This document shows, in pieces, positions 63,901 through 64,000 of a stretch of 64,000 bases of DNA. A program made the translations under genes and the position numbers. Each line of letters starts with the position of its first letter. Positions within the stretch are counted from its first letter, which is position 1. The notes beneath the pieces were generated by a model. The model was given only the letters and a program-made list of their open reading frames with translations, did no database searches and was not told the DNA's origin. The DNA is taken from NCBI GenBank assembly GCA_000165345.1, contig CM000431.1, positions 672,001 through 736,000 of the forward strand. Reading direction: 5' to 3'.

Positions 63901-64000
63901 ATCTTTATCTGCAGGGCAAACTCTTTTATAAGTTGATAGTATTTTGAGAACTTCTAGTTTAGAAATTGTGGAAATATTTTTATGGTTTTGATTTTCAACA
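60982..64000 (-). CDS. partial CDS, 5' end beyond window: large hypothetical protein (at least 1006 aa)
   Basis: The track start at 63849 is a TTG. The same frame stays open through 64000, so the N-terminus is outside the window. The stop is only 6 nt from the KRR1 stop. No family recognised. Confidence 0.55.
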   Translation of the reverse strand, partial: VENQNHKNISTISKLEVLKILSTYKRVCPADKDEKLFIKNEAERINGNIELGKKVNFKVESNKYRIPFHYLIKHPINALKYEINDETIYKIKKMSEYLGIKNISIDIQFVWNIVLCRKYKYLSENNLLKTESNEFQEYCFKLVESDKILLRYIESIASVDLEAGIAIVLLVIDEIPLSKTKIKLIEWCERKSGSIARVELKKGYPIINMEFLLYNRFNEVIINIENYLKSKKSLISSKLILKKHKLDIIFSKLIEETNDINIFISSLYYYLTPLISEGIYWKFRNKLQESVCQSFCIDPKPEREIYSFSRKNSIEKSPGSSNFTLKENFNFFIDEISSVYSSDIRKIRVRIIKNLLSKPFETPYEALKNKFPTIKDIFKDIESSGIITGFDHWYRIQSLNSKVYDCTYIDRISFICGGISLNDAIILLLSISFKNSSNYSYSTKCNALKTLFQIASIKNIQKRYPKYDDLQVIWLHNYYMIYFNELHIPQDFSKFYLSEKVGLARSLWREFNNRKDSYKLLKPNQIHLDQIEDTKDAEFLKDENRKRKVRCIVGKENEYSNALYLSSNTRCQSVDKKLNQILYLITKLCLDFGIYDSNLFSNTIKNLYLQLFDENDVKIFSNLIFAAYISGYIYKVKINKSIIDVWNLLVLDPIFLLKNTVEYISNLINKYAQNGKDKKECVYNNNLLYNLPNKRFIIPILSKIFNTCPVIPFIEVFELLNAIIELINSILNLKKLIESLNSFSKENDRRLINNILSFFTNLIKDISENNKINSLEKRCKLSSIMRDKNFDIYEVNSIFDVAIIELLFSYVNPVDLHYALFSMNREKIIKVIIDKKDSFNMLPYLIYSTNSNILASALSNELIKTNNSKLFFEIGAQLDELIDFKRKSQVEEIYLMESIKATQVYEFIVNKYKNIYSTESVRIIRRCIEFYKIEAIIPLIIKFLSGQVKSESAIVEQISLLENRANNHELSKKEIYNYIKEVIIKLSKKYKSTNIVQELIDQLKS

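Noticed and set aside
1-64000. Searched the intergenic gaps (about 10784-11008, 20406-20539, 21776-21979, 37323-37598, 39894-40148, 42150-42363, 45518-45772, 52913-53142, 58210-58394) for tRNA, snRNA and rRNA genes, CRISPR arrays, transposon ends and prokaryotic defence-system genes
   Set aside because: There are no cloverleaf-compatible tRNA candidates and no direct repeat-spacer arrays. No long terminal or inverted repeats, no transposase or integrase ORFs and no bacterial operon structure. The window is ordinary compact eukaryotic chromosome. The unknown proteins are the only place a novel system could hide, and nothing in their sequence lets me name one.

Overview
This 64 kb window is eukaryotic nuclear DNA. 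It is AT-rich (about 28-30% GC by eye, not computed) and uses the standard genetic code, with both TAA and TAG as stops. Introns are short GT-AG introns of 39-85 nt. I support 34 protein-coding genes, about one per 1.9 kb. The encoded proteins include PRP8, U2 snRNP A-prime, KRR1, POP1, cullin, RAD6/UBC2, SPCS3, a P4-ATPase flippase, ATG4, HscB/Jac1, a PLD-type cardiolipin synthase, PrimPol, CENP-C/Mif2, Spo11, a TKL-type kinase and a TLDc protein. Intergenic spacers are extremely short: convergent stop codons sit 1-25 nt apart and some divergent promoters are only 65 bp. The compaction, the Asn/Ile/Lys/Ser-rich proteins, the HscB gene (a mitochondrion/mitosome marker) and the TGCATGCA and E2F-like GC boxes suggest a compact apicomplexan-type genome, for example Cryptosporidium-like. 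This taxon call is an inference that cannot be verified without a database search. No prokaryotic features, CRISPR arrays, rRNA genes or convincing tRNA genes were found. Three things in the provided ORF track needed correction. (1) At least three genes are split by introns and are missing or fragmented in the track. Spo11 has 10 exons and lies in a region the track shows as empty. RAD6/UBC2 has 3 exons. A TRAPP Bet3-family gene has 3-4 exons. (2) Seven track ORFs begin at TTG or GTG translated as M, so their true ATG starts are downstream. (3) Both window edges cut through genes. Most genes, including the 7.1 kb PRP8, are intronless. Three large proteins of 1000-1800 aa and several smaller ones have no family I can recognise.
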